The notes under the pieces were generated by a model. It ran no database searches. It had not been told where the DNA came from and saw nothing but the letters and a program-made list of their open reading frames with translations. A stretch of 62,913 bases of DNA, counting the filler, from Olpidium bornovanus S191 (taxonomy: Eukaryota; Fungi; Olpidiomycota), in NCBI GenBank assembly GCA_017911155.1. It is 26 parts of 26 records of this genome, joined end to end, with 100 filler letters (N's around TTAATTAATTAA, not from the genome) between each part and the next. Parts side by side here need not be neighbours in the genome. Positions count along the whole stretch, not along the records: positions 61,886 to 62,913 come from JAEFCI010008661.1; 25 more parts are not named here. One strand, 5' to 3'. A program made the translations under genes and the position numbers. Of this stretch, positions 61,886 through 62,913 are shown piece after piece. Numbering within the stretch: position 1 is the stretch's first letter; each line of letters opens with the position of its first letter.

Positions 61886-62913
61886 CCATGTCGAACACCT
61901 CCTCCAGCACCGCGAAAATCGTCTCGAGCAGCAGGTCGAGCTCGTGCTCCGTCAGCTCTTTGTTCGGCTGCTGCTGCTGCTGCTGCTGCCGGCTTTCTTC
62001 CTCCTCCCGGGGTCTCTCCGGCTTGGCCGCAGCCCGCTCCTCGAACGAACTCCGGTCGGCCGCCGTTCTGCTCGGGTCCGCCGCGCCGCGCTTCTGAGGT
62101 TCCCGGGACGGTGCGACGCTCGACGCGCGAGGCGAAGAGGCGGCGGACGACGCGGCTTCCTCGAGCCTCATCAGAGAATCCGTGGAAAACCGGCCTGTGG
62201 AAAACCGGCCTGGACGCACGGCGTCCGGCGCCTTGGTTATCGCGCCGAGCGCCGCGCTAGACATCGACTGCGTTCGCCGGCCGTCGCGCCTGGCGAACGC
62301 GGGAGAAGCCTGCAACGGCGGAGTCGCCCCGCCGACGCTGCCCATGACGCTGCTCGCGATGACGTTCGACCGGTCGCGCAGGTACCCGGCCGCGTTCGTG
62401 GTGTTGGAACTGATCCTTTTCAGAACGGAGGTCGCGGCCATGACGTTCGCTTTGAGGACGTTCCCGGCCACGCTCCCGCCCTCTTTGCGGTCGCCGCCGA
62501 CCGGCCAGTCCGGCTTCAGGAACCTCCCGAGCGGGGCCGAGTCCCTCAGGCTCGCGTCCGTGACGGCCAGGTTCAGCCACCCCTCGAGGTCGGCCACGAG
62601 CTTTTCCAGGACTCCGCCGCCGCTCTGCATGCGCGACCGCGACGGGAACTTGAGCTTCGCCGCTTTGGGCAAAGCGGAAGAGAGCTCCGCGTGCAGCGAC
62701 GCAAAATCCGCGTACGTCCGGGTGATTATCCAACCGCCCGTACCGCCGGGCCGCTCGACTTCTAGGATGTACGTCAGCGAGCGGTCGGACGCCATGCCGC
62801 GGCGGCGCCGGAGAACGCGGGTTGGCGTCCAGCCAGCGGTAGCGCTCTCGGTCCTCGTCCACCTCCTCCGTCTCCTCTTCCCCCTCGCCCTCAACCCGGG
62901 CGTGCGTCGGCAG
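61886..62913 (-). CDS. PX-domain (sorting nexin, Mdm1/SNX13-14-25-like) protein fragment, partial at both ends
   Basis: YILEVER..WIITRTYADFASLHAELSSALP..FPSR..LEGWLNL..LGRFL (PX domain), then LLLETIFAVLEEVFDM, resembling the start of Nexin_C. Confidence 0.8.

Overview
This window is not one locus. It is 26 short eukaryotic contigs joined by 25 identical artificial 100-nt spacers (44 N + TTAATTAATTAA + 44 N), so gene adjacency across a spacer means nothing. The DNA is GC-rich, intron-rich (GT-AG introns, mostly about 60-250 nt) and full of microsatellites and homopolymers. The gene set looks fungal but keeps genes better known from animals (BABAM2/BRE, C2CD5, SLC35F6). I infer an early-diverging fungus, possibly Olpidium-like; this is not verified. 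Recognisable, mostly partial genes, identified by motif from memory rather than by database search: SEC24, TBCA, mitochondrial rhomboid PCP1/PARL, SLC35F6-like transporter, dihydrolipoamide dehydrogenase, TRM11, TAF12, Mis18, CAP/Srv2, BABAM2, U2AF65, SPP1/CXXC1, PHB2, C2CD5, eIF2-alpha, a NIPA Mg2+ transporter and PX-domain proteins. There are also degenerate Ty1/copia and Ty3/gypsy fragments. I found no rRNA, tRNA or CRISPR array and no multi-gene novel system that I can support. Best leads: (1) a very divergent Rpb5-like domain containing a 62-nt GT-AG segment made by tandem duplication; (2) a spliced haspin-like or giant-virus-like kinase with an unusual HYDLWCKN catalytic loop; (3) a fungal BRISC/BRCA1-A subunit BABAM2; (4) a roughly 1290-aa disordered protein with a Tyr-rich block and a GGGY tail; (5) a secreted Ala/Pro repeat protein. 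Two technical signatures also stand out: contig ends are strongly enriched for CATG, and short tandem duplications or frameshifts recur, including inside CAP.
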